A program made the translations under genes and the position numbers. Shown piece after piece: positions 1-14,221 of a DNA stretch of 64,000 nt (position 1 is its first letter; each line of letters begins with the position of its first letter). Where the stretch lies: contig CATNEN010000001.1 of the NCBI GenBank assembly GCA_950097015.1, forward strand, positions 18,662,001-18,726,000, read 5' to 3'. This DNA is from Macrostomum hystrix. Its lineage: Eukaryota; Animalia; Platyhelminthes. Under the pieces are notes generated by a model. It was given only the letters and a program-made list of their open reading frames with translations. It made no database searches and was not told the origin of the DNA.

Positions 1-566
1 CCTCAGTCTGCACGCCTGGCCGGGAACTTTGACTGCACAAAACTAACTGTGTCCTGTCTGCTTGCACTCAGTATGGGGGCCACTGACTGACTCATGGGCG
101 CTGTACGCTTCTCAACTCACTGCGCACCGAGTTTCCCGTTGTACGTTCACATGCCTTCCCCTGCCACCTAACGGCCGTGGACTAGCCGGCCCCAGCTCAC
201 GGTAAAAATTAGACGGCTAGCCCAGGTCACCTCACCGTGCCATGAGTCCGGCTAGACGAGTGCAGCTCATGAGCTCCCTGTGGGAACGTGAAGCGTGGGA
301 ACCCCATGATGAAGCGTGGTTGGCTGGGAGGGGTTGTTTACGCGAACTTGGGAACGAACTAGACGATGGTGCCATACATCCCTATTTGAGCGGGGGACAA
401 AGGGGAACGAGCTGTTTTTCCTCTTCCCACCAAAACTCGAATAGTAAAGAGCTCGTCGAGTCAAAACTTCAAATCTAATTCTATATACTATACTAGCTAG
501 AATTGTTAAATAGAAACCTTTTTTATTAGCTCAAATAAGAACTGACAGGTAAGCCAAGTTTAGGTG

Positions 567-998
567 CCCATGTCGGTTTAATATTTTCCTATTTGTAATA
601 ATGTATTGTAAGAGTTTGTGGCATGTCAAAATCAATCCATATTTGTTATTTGACCCATGTCAGTTTAATATTTTCGTATTTGTAATAATGTATTGTAAGA
701 GTTTGTGGCATGTCAAAATCAATCCATATTTGTTATTTGACCCATGTCGGTTTAATATTTTCGTATTTGTAATAATGTATTGTAAGAGTTTGTGGCATGT
801 CAAAATCAATCCATATTTGTTATTTGACCCATGTCGGTTAAATATATTTTCCTATTTGTAATAATGTATTGTAAGAGTTTGTGGCATGTCAAAATCAATC
901 CATATTTGTTATTTGACCCATGTCAGTTTAATATTTTCGTATTTGTAATAATGTATTGTAAGAGTTTGTGGCATGTCAAAATCAATCCATATTTGTTA
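567..998. repeat. 87-bp AT-rich tandem repeat, ~5 copies
   Basis: CCCATGTC(G/A)GTTTAATATTTTC...TTGTTATTTGA recurs at 567, 654, 741, 828, ~917; explains ORFs 601..861 and 831..1043. Confidence 0.95.
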
Positions 999-3159
999 CT
1001 GCTGTATAATAATCTACATAGTTGGAAATTGCTGGTATTATAAATATTACTATCAATATTTATAGTAGTAATAGCTCATTAATGCTGCCTGCTAAACAAG
1101 CTTTTCATGCAGATCTAAACAGTGGCATACATTGCATAGAAATCCATTCCAGGGGTCATTACTGTCTCGGGTGTCACGGCAAGCTCATGCTGATAATTTT
1201 CGCTAATTTTTGGTGCTCAGAATTCTGTTGAGTAATTGTAATGGGGCTCCAACCCCTCAGCCACATAGATCGTCACAGCGTCACCTATCCTATATGCAGA
1301 GGATAGGCCACCCTCTCCCATTCAAATGCACGCTCTCCTATTTCCCCTGTGTTAGGCAGATTTCTGGTAACCCATACTACTAGTGTTCGGCTACTAGTAG
1401 CTAGTATGACCCCCTCGCCTACGCCATTCAGATCAAGGTGTCAAATCTTAGATAGTCCAACTCTTAATCACCCACACTGCACCCACACCTGCAGCCCGGA
1501 GAAATATGTAACATGCCCTGTGGCCTGTGACTATGACCTGTTAAGAGTGCCTTCAAGGAAGTGAATATTTCAGTCAAACCAATACAGAAAAGTTGCGACA
1601 CAGACTACTAGATGAGGAGTAGTATCAACTGTTAGCCGTTCTTACTCTGCATCTGGCGCAGGAGAAAAGGGGAATGACGGAGAGATCGGGAGAGAGAGCA
1701 GATGAAAAAAGCACTGTGGAAAGCGGCAGAATTTGAATGTAATTGAAAGTTAGAAACAGGAACAGCCTCTATTTGTCAAAGTCAGTGTGTTAAATATAAG
1801 GAAAATGCCTGACCATAGCGGGCATGTCTCCTCGAGGCTGATGTAGAGAGGAGAATCTGAGAATCACATGGAATCGAGTCCTCGTTTAATTATTGTTATT
1901 AGCATGTAGCATTAATAGAATGGGACCATATAGGGCCAAAACACCTGTTTATAAAAAATGAGGGCCATTGCATTTGAATTCACATTGAACTGTAACTTTC
2001 ACAAAAGCAATCAATATTTTTATAGATATTAACTCACACGCTCGTCCAAAGAGTCGAGCTGCAGGCTGATAGTAGCTAGCTCTGAGAGCAAAAGTATTGC
2101 AGTAACTTGAGGCTTGCCTAGAACCAGACAATGGCAATTTGACAGCATAGACCTAGTCGTCCATTAGAGTCCATAATGTTGACAAGCGAACAGTCAGGCA
2201 GCAAGCAAGGCAGGCTGGAAATGTTTGAGGAAAATGTATTAGTATCAATATTTAGTGCAAAAACTGAAAACCATGATTAAACTGTGATTACCTCTTTAAA
2301 AGTTGAAAAAACTCAAAGCTTGTGAAATGTGTGCAGCATGTGTTTTGACTAGGGCCTGTTAAGAGTACCTTCAAGGAAATGAATATATCAGTCCCACTGG
2401 TAGCTATAGAATACTTAAATAGCTGTTCCAAGACCAAAAAATTCACCATGCCCATGCTAAATAATTCCTGAAGAAAAAGTTTCAAAGTAGAACTAATTTT
2501 CAAGTTAAGAATTCGAAATTGTATTTCATGAATTTTTTATGCTTTTTCCTATTAATAGCAATGGTGACATGTTACAGTTTTGGATTTTCTAACTTGACCA
2601 TTTTGTGGCCCTATAATATGGTATTACTTGACATGCCTATAGACTCCAAAAATATATAGTTTGCCAATGAAGTGTAGGTAAATAGTTCATGTGAGTATGT
2701 GACAGACATTTGATTTACATATTGCTAAAAACTTAATTTTAGATGGGACCTACTAGCGGCAATGAATTTCTTCGAAAGAAGGGCTGTGCTATTAAGTGTT
2801 TTATATACAGTAAGATTTAAAGGAATTGGGCATTTCTGCACCTACTAACTTGGTTTTTGTTCAGAATTGTACAGCTGACTGGAAAAAGGAAAAGGGCAGC
2901 TTTCTTAGTTTCTAAAAAATGGGTGACTGCCTTAAAAACTTGGTAAATATGCTTTCATGCATAATGCTGGTTTGGGTGTTAATTTTTCATTTTATATTTA
3001 AACAGTTAATTCAGTAATGGTGTTGTTCTCTCCCCTGAGGTCAAGGGGAGATTACCTTAAGCATGGCCTCACTTTTAATTCTTGCAGTTCTGGACAAAAG
3101 CCTAGTTTAGTGGAAATCTCGTTTAAATATTTTTAATATCATATACTTCTTCATTTCAG

Positions 3160-4295
3160 CTTGGACTTCAGCATTGCTAGAGAAGTATAGGGGTCTAAGT
3201 ATAGCAAAAAAAGAACGACTAAGAAAAGCTGCTAAAAATCGACCTCGCCCAATTAAAAGAATCATTCAGGACTTGGACAAACATAAAGAAACTTACATTG
3301 TTATTAGAATTACTGAACATGACAGAGCCATTTATCACTGTTCTAAAGATGTCACTGGCACTTTGAGTGGACAGGTCCAAGAAGCATGTAGTTCTATTGT
3401 TGATTTTATAAGAGCAGATAAGCAAGCGCAACACAGGCTTCAAAATTTGCAGCAGCTTCCTCAAACAGAAGGAAAGTTTGAAGAAATTATTAAAAAGGGT
3501 GTTGTCTACATGCGCAAAGAGCTTAGTAAAATAGCTAAGGACGCTTATGAAAGGGCAGGCAACTCTGGTGCAATTCAATGGGCACTTATGGCTTCTGATT
3601 TAGCTACAGGTCAGAAGAAAGGGCCAGGACGTTTTAGTCCCAACTTCTCTTCACCCCATAATCTTAACCAACAGCAATGTGTTGCACAATTTCAGGCAAT
3701 TTCTGATCATGGTGAAGTAAAATTTTGGTCTCATTCAGAATGGAATGAGAGAAATGTAGCACCTACAATTAGCACTGAAGGTACTCTGGCAAACCAAAAT
3801 GAAGCATTGCTTGTTGGCATGCAAGGTACTAGTGCAAATGGTAATGATTCTGCAATAGTGGCTACACAGCAAAATGACTATGCTGCTGAGGCTGAGATAA
3901 GCCTCAATGAAGAATGTAGTCAAAGTGCAGAAGCATCACAAAGTAATGTCAATGATATTACCAGTCTCAACAATACTACTTCAAATATCAATAGTATTGA
4001 AAATTTATTCCAAAATCCAGACGCTTATTTAGAAGACATTCATTTGCAGCAACTTAGAAGTTCTCAAAATCAAGTAATACATAGTCACCTAGGTCTTGCT
4101 CAGTTTTCGCAGAATTATTACCCAGGTATGTTATTGCCACATGAAATACAGATATCTGAGTCTCAAGTACCTCCTCAGGTACCTTTACAATTTTCATTAC
4201 CAAGCCTGTCACATATGACACAGCAAAGTGCTGCTGAAGAACATGTTATCTCACAACAGCCAAACAGTAGGACAGTCCATCTTTTTCCTAGATAG
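3160..4295 (+). CDS. Large terminal exon of an uncharacterised protein; weak resemblance to an HMG-box C-terminal helix and a GTF2I-like repeat, then a Q/S/N-rich tail
   Basis: ~375 open codons in AT-rich DNA, preceded by acceptor ttcttcatttcAG (3158-3159); LEKYRGLSIAKKERLRKAAK resembles HMG helix 3; possible degraded upstream exons at ~2743-2809 and ~2865-2942. Domain calls are weak. Confidence 0.55.
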
Positions 4296-6165
4296 ACTAG
4301 ACTGCAAATTGTTAAATAAAACAGTTCAGTATATTGCACTTTATAGATGTGCTATTAAAATCAATGAGGATAATGTACATTGCACTCTTTAGAAGTGCTG
4401 TAAGCCTCAGTAGAAAGCTTTTTAATGTAGATTGATATAGCTATTATGTGCTGTATTCATTTTAACCACTTGCATTTAACATAGTGCTGTGAAGCTAAAG
4501 TCTTAAAAATTGACCAAAGCTCTGAATACCTTGCACTCTAAATCTATGGGCACTTCTGGAAACCTTCTCGCTTGGCAAAAATGGATAAAAATATAGGTAG
4601 GGTCAGCTGTCAACTCACTATTTAAATCTGAGATCCATATTTGCCATCTGGTGTGCCTGATAATCTTTTGTATACAGTTATTTTGCTACTATACAAGGTG
4701 ATAACCTTGTATTCTAGCATTATAAAAATGTTTACAATAGAGAGCCAATTCCAGTTAAAAATTACCAATATATATTATGTTTTACATATACCAACATATA
4801 CAAAATAATTATTTGCTTCCCTTTCTAAACAAGTAGCTATATAGTCTACTCTACTATTTGATCTTAAATTATTATTTCACTTTGCTAGTTCAATATACAC
4901 ATAAGAAAAATTGATAGGCCTACAAAGCAATGTTATAGCCTGACTATATTCCTAGAGCCATTATTTTTCCCTTTTGAATCATGTTCTACTTGCTTTTTAT
5001 TTGATATTTCTAATTTCATTCATGTTATCTTCATGTGGACAAAATTCATGAAATTATCTTGCATAATAAAAGGGTTACAAGACATTTACTTGAATTCTGA
5101 AACAATTGAAAAGTTTTTGTTTGACTAGAAGGTCTACTCAAGACTGTCTTTTTGGAGACTAAATAAGTTCATTCAAGGAATACAAAACTTGAAAAAAATA
5201 TTCAACTCTTTTTCAAACCCTGGGCAACTATATAGTTCTCATTTTTAGACTAAAAAGCCATAATTTTGAATTTATGCCTAGTTATAACATAGATATAATT
5301 AGATAGATAACATAGATAACATAGATATAATTAGATAGCAAGGAGAGGAAATTTTTAGTTATTAAATTATTAAATTTGGTCTATGAAAATAAGAGCAGCA
5401 CTGATTATAGGCATAGCTAGTTATGTCTAAATATAAATATTTATTCCATCCTTAAACTGAAGGAATTCCTCTAGCCAAATAGGGTTGTAACTGTAACATT
5501 TATTCCAATAAAAACATATAATAGCTAAATTTAGGCTAAGAAATTAGTATCTTCATATAGGACTAGCTACTTCTGTTCTGTCCTCTTCAAAAGAGACTTT
5601 AATTTTTTAAAGATTCGCATAGGGCATAGCTATAGCTATGCTATAGCAAATGTTTACAAGAAACTCACATAGATAATTCACACAAATGATATATGTGATC
5701 CTACATTAGTACTACTGTTTGTTGTATCTGACTTTCTATCTAATTTTTTATATAAAAATTCGAATTTTTTAATGCAGAAACCAAATTATTTGTCCTTCTA
5801 TGCATGATATTAGATCATTAGTATATTAAAGTGCTAAACTTTACCCAACTTTTAGAGTAAAATTAAACTTAGTAAAGTCAAAGAAAAAATTTAAGAATTT
5901 GATGAAGAAAATCAAGTATGATTATCTTAAACAATAAAGCTATTAAGTGGCAAAGTTTTGGTATTTTCTTAGAAAAGAAAAACTCTTTCATGTGTCCAAA
6001 GAGGCCAGGTAATATTTGAACTGACAAACTCACCTATAACTTACATATACTGCTATAGCTACCTCACCGTTAGTTTACTGGTACAACACTTCCTTGAATC
6101 ATGTTTGTTAATTTCCAAGAAACATAATTTGCGTGATTAACGAGTTTGGCAATACATAATTTCAG

Positions 6166-6777
6166 GCATCAAAGAAAAAGTCGGCCGGCCGAAAGAAGGG
6201 TCGGGCCGACGCCCGGCCCTTGCGGACCCCGCCACGCCCCCCGCCCCGCCCCCCGCCAACGCCTCCGCCATCGCCGCCACCGTCCAGGCCGGCCACCAGG
6301 GCTTCATATGCCCGGGTGGCCGGTGCTCCCCCCCTGATCCCGACCCAGCCTGCCCCTGCCCCAGTCCGCCCTCTTCTCCCCGCCCAACCCAACCTTCCAG
6401 CCCGCCCCATCCCTCCTCAACCCAACCCAGGCCCACAACCCACCCTCACCACCCCTGCCCCAGTCGGCCAACCGCCCCGTCCAGCCCGCCCCATCCCTCC
6501 TCAACCCAACCCAGGCCCACAACCCACCCTCACCACCCCTGCCCCAGTCGGCCAACCGCCCCGTCCAGCCCGCCCCATCCCTCCTCAACCCAACCCAGGC
6601 CCACAACCCACCCTTACCACCCCTGCCCCAGTCGGCCAACCCCCCCGTCCAGCCCGTCCCAACCCTCCCCAACCCAACCCAGGCCCAGATCACCCTCCCC
6701 CCAATCCCCAGCAGCACAGCCGCCGCGGCCGCCCTCGTCATCGGGGAGGCCGCAAATGGCGGAACTGGAAGACGAAT
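6166..6777 (+). CDS. Putative phase-0 exon encoding a Pro-rich protein with basic ends and an internal 84-bp (28-aa) repeat
   Basis: Acceptor aatttcAG at 6164-6165 is in frame with ORF 6220..6801; donor GTGAGT at 6778; 612 nt open; PARPIPPQPNPGPQPTLTTPAPVGQPPR x3+ from 6397. Confidence 0.4.
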
Positions 6778-7574
6778 GTGAGTTTCTGTGCCTTTAAATA
6801 GTGCTGTTGACAAAGACCCTCCTAACTCTATAAATTAATTCTTCAGTGCAGTCAATAGCAGAAATATGCATTTATTCGTTGATTCGGGGTTTTGGGATTT
6901 ACAGCTTTAATCCCAGATCCCAAGCCCTTCTCTGATCCACAAAGCCTTCTCCAAATTCCCACTTCTTCAGTTATTGACTTTATCATGCAATCATCCCCGT
7001 TCATTAGTTATCCTATTTCATGAGTTATCCCCGTTACTCAGTTATACAGGATTGTACTAACAACCGTCCTTCGTCCTTGCTCTATATTTTTTCTTTTAAA
7101 AATTTGCAGAGAGACAGCGTGCGAGCCTACCTGCTCCTGATGGAGCAGGTAAAGCTCAGAAGTTTATCTGCCTATTGCCGAGGGTGAGTAAATTTTTTGT
7201 CAGATTCACAGCTAACGATGGAATCAATTCAATTGCCAGAAGGCCTTGTATTTTGCAGAAATATCGGTTTCATGCCGCCCTGGCATTGGGGCCCGGGCGG
7301 GCCGCCAGGAGGCGGCGGCATCGCTTTTTGGTGAGTTCTGGGGAAGCAAAAATTTGGAAAAGTCGGTCCAGCCAAAAAATAAATACGCTATTTTCTGTCT
7401 ATCTGCCCTGCCCCTGTGTAAATCGGGCAATTTTATTGGCCACAAGTCTTAGAAAAAAGGAAGATATCAGCTCCGCTTCCAGTCCAAATTTTAATTTTAG
7501 AATGTGAATAGCAATTAAGCCGCCCCGAATTATTCAGTTATTAAAAAATTCGTCACTAACTAAATTCGTCACTT

Positions 7575-7797
7575 CATCAGATATCCCCTTAAGCAGCTAT
7601 CCCCTTTCACCAGTTATCCCCCATCTACAGTTATCCCATATCGGCAGAAATCCCATTTCATCAGATAGCCCACTTCAGGAGTAATCCCACTTAACCTGTT
7701 ATCTTACTTCAGCAGTTATCTAACTTCATCCAGTAATTCAACTTCTGCAGTTTTCCCAGTGCAGCAGTTATCCCACTTCAGCAGTTATCCCACATCA
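7575..7797. repeat. Degenerate ~17-bp tandem repeat (AGTTATCCCACTTCAGC-like)
   Basis: Repeated motif read directly; related copies at ~6950-7050. Confidence 0.75.
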
Positions 7798-8799
7798 GGG
7801 GTAGCAGGGGCCATCAGATTAGCGAGTTTAAAAAATATGTTTATCCAGACGCAAATGTATTTTATCTTCAAGGGCAATGAATTTCGAAGGTCCCAGCGAA
7901 AAAAGTAAATTTCTATGTGCATCCGTTTAAAAAAGACATCGCTTAGAAAAGTGGCCTTTAATAAAATTTACAGTCTTTAAGTGTCGCGACCTTCTACTCT
8001 AGTAGTCCTTGCAAATAACTACTAATTTTGACTACTAACTTAACTTTTCCGTTTAGCTTCCAGTGCAGATGCTGTTATATAGGGGTCCTTTGACTAAACC
8101 CTTCTCACACCGAGCCAAACTAACGGCCGTTTAATTTATCGATCCTTCCAAACCAAAAATATTTGTCAGTCATTTAACACCCACCCCATTCCCAAAACCC
8201 CATATTCGCGTGCGATTCGCTGTGATTCATTTAATGACACCCACCCCATTTCCCAAACCCCATAATCGCGTGTCCTCTCTGTCTTGAGGCTCCTGGCTTG
8301 CCTATTATGGTGTCCTGCATATCACACCATCTATTTAACACAAGACCAGAACAAAGACGCTCGTTCAGTCTCGACTCTCAAACTATTTTGTCATTAGATA
8401 GTGGACTTGTTGATTCTATTAAGAAAGAAAATTGTTTATCGAATCTAATAAACTTCAGTACATCTTTATTTTTATAACGTTGAGATTTGCAAAGACTATC
8501 TGAGATTGAGAAAAACAGAATAACTCTGAGAAGAACATATTCTCATCGCATTCTCCCTAACTCTCCTCTTTATTAAAGACCAAGGAACAACTAAACATCA
8601 TTATTTCGTTTCTTTTATTAAAAATGGCTAATTTTGTTGACTATATTATTGACTATTTTCGTATTGTGGATTGTTCATATTGTTCATTGTTTAATTCGGG
8701 CAGACAGGAGGGAGTGAGGGGCAGAGAGGAGAGAATTGAGATCATGGGATTAGAATTGAGATCATGGGATTGGAAAGGGGATCGTGGGATTGGAAAGTG

Positions 8800-9156
8800 G
8801 TCAGTGCCCTCCTTGCTAGAGAGGGGTCAGTGCCCTCCCTGCTAGAGGGGCCAGTTCCCTCCCTGCTAGAGTGATCAGTGCCCTCCCTGCTAGAGAGGGG
8901 TCAGTGCCCTCCCTGCTAGAGGGGCCAGTTCCCTCCCTGCTAGAGCGATCAGTGCCCTCCCTGCTAGAGCGGCCAGTTCCCTCCCTGTTAGAAGGGGTCA
9001 GTGCCCTCCCTGCTAGAGAGGGGTCAGTGCCCTCCCTGCTAGAGGGGCCAGTTCCCTCCCTGCTAGAGTGATCAGTGCCCTCCCTGCTAGAGGGGCCAGT
9101 GCCCTCCCTGCTAGAGGGGTCAGTGCCCCCATGTTATAGAGGGGACCAGTGCCCTC
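8800..9156. repeat. ~22-24-bp minisatellite CAGT(G/T)CCCTCCCTGCTAGAG(G)n
   Basis: About 15 tandem copies read directly. Confidence 0.92.
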
Positions 9157-11503
9157 AGGCAAGCAGGCAGGCAGGTAGGCAGACAGACAGGTAGACAGAC
9201 AGGACAGGATCAGATATCTACCCCATACTTTACTTGTATGGCTTACTAAATCTAGCCCAAATCTACCAAACCCAACCCCAACCCCACCCAATGCAGCCTC
9301 CTCTCCACTCCACCCTAGCTCTCCACCCTCTAAGCTTCTACTCTTCTACTTACACTTCCACTTCTTCCATGTGTTCATGAGCCATGACCCATGTGCTCAA
9401 ATCTCTATCTGGCCTACAAGATAAAAATGGTTACCAACCCTGTCCTAATAGGTCAGTGTCCATAGATCTTATATTCCCTAGATAACCTACTCCCCATTCA
9501 AGCAATGTGAAAAATGTGATCCCACTAAAAAACATTTAATAAACTTGACCATGTCCATGCTCACTCAGAGCTCAAGTTCAGTAGCTATGGGACATAGGCA
9601 GTTATTTTTGTTTGGATGGCATTAAAAAGATGTAGCAGAAATTTATTTAGTTGCCAATGTTTCCTATCTGTGTGAGCTATGCTCAATAGCAAATAGATGG
9701 TGCCAGAGTATTAAACTCATGTAGCTGCGGTATGAGGAGCTGCGCCACCCAAGTGCCACAGGGCCACAGGGATCCTTTTCCCTTCCTCCAATTCCTATTC
9801 ACTCATATTCCTATCCTTCTAGCCTAAACAGAATTGTAGTCTATACTTTGACAGCACTTCATATGGCACCACAGAACATTAAATCAGTATTAGCACTTGG
9901 CAATTTTTTTCAAGTCTCCTTTTGTTTCTTTGCATGGGGCTTAGGTATCTTTACTAGGCATACTCTTGCTATAAAATGCAACATGTAAAATGAATATTTA
10001 CATAAAATACTGGCAATTTTCTCTCAAGCTACTGAGCTTAAACCAAATTAGAAATACATTGGGTCTAGGGGCACACAAAAGTCCCTAGAGTGCTACATCT
10101 AGGTAATAAAGATCCATGGATTTGTCAATGATTAGAATAGTTCTAACGTGTTACATGACACTCATAAAACAAAGTCATACACAGTCATAGACAGTTAGGC
10201 CTACAGATGACAGATGTTAGACTTTGGTTCCAATTTTCTTATTTCTTCCCCTCATTTTATTAGATCTTTCTTTTAAAAGCACCATTCTTTTAAATCTGTG
10301 ACCTATGAAGTGGGTGCAAATTGGCAAGTATACCATACTGACCATACCATTTTTGGAATTGGATATACAATAGTCAATTAGTTTACTTTGGATTACATAT
10401 TCCACTAATTATCAATTCAATCATAGAATTAAGCCCTGCGGAATTTTTTAGGGGCAACACTAGTCCTTGATCCTAGGCTCCCAGCTCATAGATCCCATAT
10501 CCCAGTAGTTGCTTGGAAATCTTAATAAGAATTTATATTCCTGGGTCCCAATTTCATTTAGAATAATTCATTGTTTCCATACAATTATGACAAGTTGCCA
10601 GCCAATAAGCTAGGCCTATGCATATAGACTAATAGACCCAATATACAGGTTTTTATTCTAATATTAAGACTTGTTAAGATAAGCATAAACTCTGTAGCCT
10701 ATGTAAAAAAGGCTTGGATAGCTCACTATTTATAATACACTGAAACTTTATACTCTTAGAGGTCTACATTTTAATACATAAATGGAATGTGGGTGCATTC
10801 ATTTAGTGATGATCATAGCAGGTCACATATTAGCTATGAGCCGAGCTGACAAGTTAGGACAGTGGCACTGGGTTGAGAGCAGTAGATTCATATTGTTTGA
10901 GTTAAACACTTTGAATGTGCAAGTCAAACATAAAACAAACAACAGACTCATACTACCTCCCCAAGCCTGTGATTAGCAGTAACACTTGTCCAGCTCTGCA
11001 CATTACTTCGTATTGTATTCTGCTAAATTTCAATATTCTCCGCTTTCACATTATGCCTTGCTTTTATACTGTGAAACAAACTATTTATAACTTGACGTAC
11101 CCTTGTTCTCAAAGAAAATGACCGCGAAACGTTAATTTAAATGGTCCCTCATAACATACAGTGCAGAAACCATCTTTCCTAGAAAGCAAGTCGTTTCATA
11201 ACGTAACTGTTGTTGCTCGGTCGTATAAAATCTCATTCGAATTATGACTTTCCAATGCTCATTTAAATGGGCCAACTTTTCTACAGAGCATGCTTTAGGA
11301 CACATTATTGTTATTGCTTACTTATAAAAAACTTTCGCTCGGGGAAACTGTTAACTTTCATTGCCTCCCAATCATCATTCTAATTTTCGAAATTATTCCT
11401 TTAATCCTACTTCTAAGTTGGAATTCTATTTTCCTAATTGAAATTTTCTCCTAATTTTAAATTTCATTTAAAGCATTTAATGCATTGTTGCAGAATGGAT
11501 GCT

Positions 11504-11538
<35 letters not shown>

Positions 11539-12177
11539 AGTCGCTGCTGAACGGCGGCGCCTACGGCGGCTAAGATCTGGAAATATGCGAATCTGGAAGA
11601 TATGAAATGGAAGTTATGGAAAGATAAGATAAGATTAGGAAGTTAAGATATGGAAATCTGGAAATTGTTGTAGCAGTAATGACAGATATGACAGAAATGA
11701 ATGATAGACAGCGTCTATTTTTGTGTCTAACAGAACTCGCCAACACAACTCGCTGTTCACGGATGCCGACTTTGAGAATGGCGGCGGCGCCAAATAAAAA
11801 GGAGCCTATTTTTGGATAATTGTGTTGCCTTCAATCTTCTTTCCTTTGCCATCACGGAGTCATTTTATCGCAGTACTTCATTCACTTTGATTTGACATTA
11901 TTAATACGTTGTGCTAAAGCCTGCACCATTCCAGGATTAACTTGTGTCTGATGGCAGCTGCTGACTCTTGTTGTGCGATTCTGCCTAGTGCACTAGCCAC
12001 GTGGCTACCTCTCTTCGACCTGTGGTCTAGATCAGTGATGCGCCTGCATTTCCAGTAAGTTACTTGACATTTTCTAATGTGAATATGAATGAAGATCAAG
12101 TCCTGTTTTAATCTGTCCATCACTAGTCATTCTGAAATTCATTTGTCATTCTAAATCTGTCATTGTGGAATTCATTT

Positions 12178-12372
12178 CTGTTAGAAATACCTGTTAGACC
12201 AAGAGCGTCATTTGTTAGGCCGACAGCGTCACTTGTTAGACAGAGAGCGTCACCTGTTAGACAAAGAGCGTCACCTGTTAGACAGAGAGCGTCACCTTTT
12301 AGACAGAGAGCGTCACCTGTTAGACAGAGAGCCTGTGATCACCTGTTCTGTTAGACACAGTGTTCACCTGTT
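12178..12372. repeat. 21-bp tandem repeat CACCTGTTAGACAGAGAGCGT
   Basis: About 7 copies, degenerate at the edges. Confidence 0.9.
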
Positions 12373-12445
12373 CTGCTTGGCATGGTACCTGTTAAACATC
12401 AAGCCCGTACTCACCTGCACTACTCAAACAGGCCTACCGACACGT

Positions 12446-12754
12446 ATGGCCTTCATCAGACGCATCAACGGGCTCTCAAACTTGGTTGTCAACTTGGACA
12501 ATCCATCAGCTCCAGGCTTGTCCCGTCAGGACCTGCTACAGGAGCTGCTGCAGTCCAACCTGATCACGGAGCTGCGCTCGAAACCGGAGGTCAAGCGAAT
12601 GGGCCTGGACGTCTGCTGCCTGGGTTGGCGGCTTCGGTGGCGGAGGCGGCGTCGCAGCAGAAGCGGCGGTGGCGCCACCGGCAGACGGAAGCAGGGCCAG
12701 GTGTCACCCGTGCTGCCGATATCGGATCCGCAGACCTGCCTCACCGACGCCTGA
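12446..12754 (+). CDS. Small hypothetical basic protein (102 aa)
   Basis: ATG at 12446 (MAFIRRINGLSNL...) in a GC-rich, coding-like island; WRLRWRRRRRSR basic tract; no family recognised. Confidence 0.3.
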   Translation: MAFIRRINGLSNLVVNLDNPSAPGLSRQDLLQELLQSNLITELRSKPEVKRMGLDVCCLGWRLRWRRRRRSRSGGGATGRRKQGQVSPVLPISDPQTCLTDA

Positions 12755-14221
12755 CTTGCGTGTTGAGAAAGTGCAAACCCTGGACTGACCTCAGTGAGAC
12801 AGGTGGCAAGCTGTCTCGCAAGACTGAATCTTTCTCCTGTTGCGCCCGCTTTTGTATGTGCTCCTGCTTAATCTGTGCTAATTATTGCTTCTCTGTGCTC
12901 ATTATTGCTTATCTGTACTCATTATTGCTTCTCTGTGCTCATTCTTGTACTGCTGTGCTGTGATTCTGGCTACGACTCCAAGAAAAGGTTACGACTCTGT
13001 CAAAATCCTAATCGAACTGTTTACTACAAATCATTCATAATAGGGCTCATATACTTCAAAGCTCAAAGTGCTTTCTAAGAAAATGATTCACCGGTTTCAT
13101 TGGCATCAATGAAACTGTCAATCACACAAACGATTAGAATTTTAGCAGATATTTCGTCATTTTCAAGGCGAAAATGTTTCATTTTTAATGCGTCATTGTA
13201 CTTCGTCATATCATGTGGAATTGTGTTCTAGCTTTTTGCGTCATCATTTCAACCACTACGCTAATTCTTTTCTATGTAATCCAACTAATTTTTGTAAGTA
13301 AACTTTGAAGTTTATCGCTAGTTATTAATTTTTTAAACAGCAGCACAAATCTTCATGCTGCAATAATTATTAAAAGTATACTTTTGTTCATAAAAAAAAT
13401 TATTTTATTTCTGTGAGAGTGCAAAAGTGACGGTTGCACATTCTAGAAAATATGACATCTGTGTGTTCTGTGTGTACCCCAACATTTCTTTTATTTGGAG
13501 AGGCAACTGAATTTGAAATTGAATACATAAGTGAATCCGCCAGGTGGATTCTACCAGGTGGAAAAATGCATCCATCAGAGTGGGACCAATGACAGTCTGA
13601 CTCTCTCCTCTAACCATCGCTGCCACACCGTGACACCAGTGCTAAATGTAGTCGAAGCTGCACTATATGGCCTAATTAATATTAATATCTCGGGTTCATC
13701 TACTGACAAACATATAAAGTACGGTACAGTAGTTGTACTGACTAGGTTAAGCCAGATACACACACATATTTATTGTATTGATATGGTCAGTGTTCGTTAA
13801 ACTCTGACTTACCTCATTATTGACTTCGTAGCACCTCATTTTGCTCATAGATGAGTATATATATGTTCATGACGAATGGTTCCCTTTAATTTCCGTTTCT
13901 CTGAGGGATGTCATATCTGTGTGACATTCACAAAATCGTGCTGTGCATCCACAAGCTACATGTATATATCTTACTGATAATTTGTAAACGGCTTCTTAAG
14001 TAAGTTGTAATAACTCAAAGGCAGAAGTAAGGCCAGAATTGAAACACACAGTAAAGAACCAGTCTGATATCGCGGCTCCTTATATATGCGTTCATACAGT
14101 CTAATTTCCAGACCCGGCAGGGCTGGGGATTTGGGGGATCCCAGACAGACGGCCCAACCCAGTCGCACGCAAACCAAGCATGAGACACAAACAACAGCAG
14201 ACAGTGGTGACAAGTGCATGC

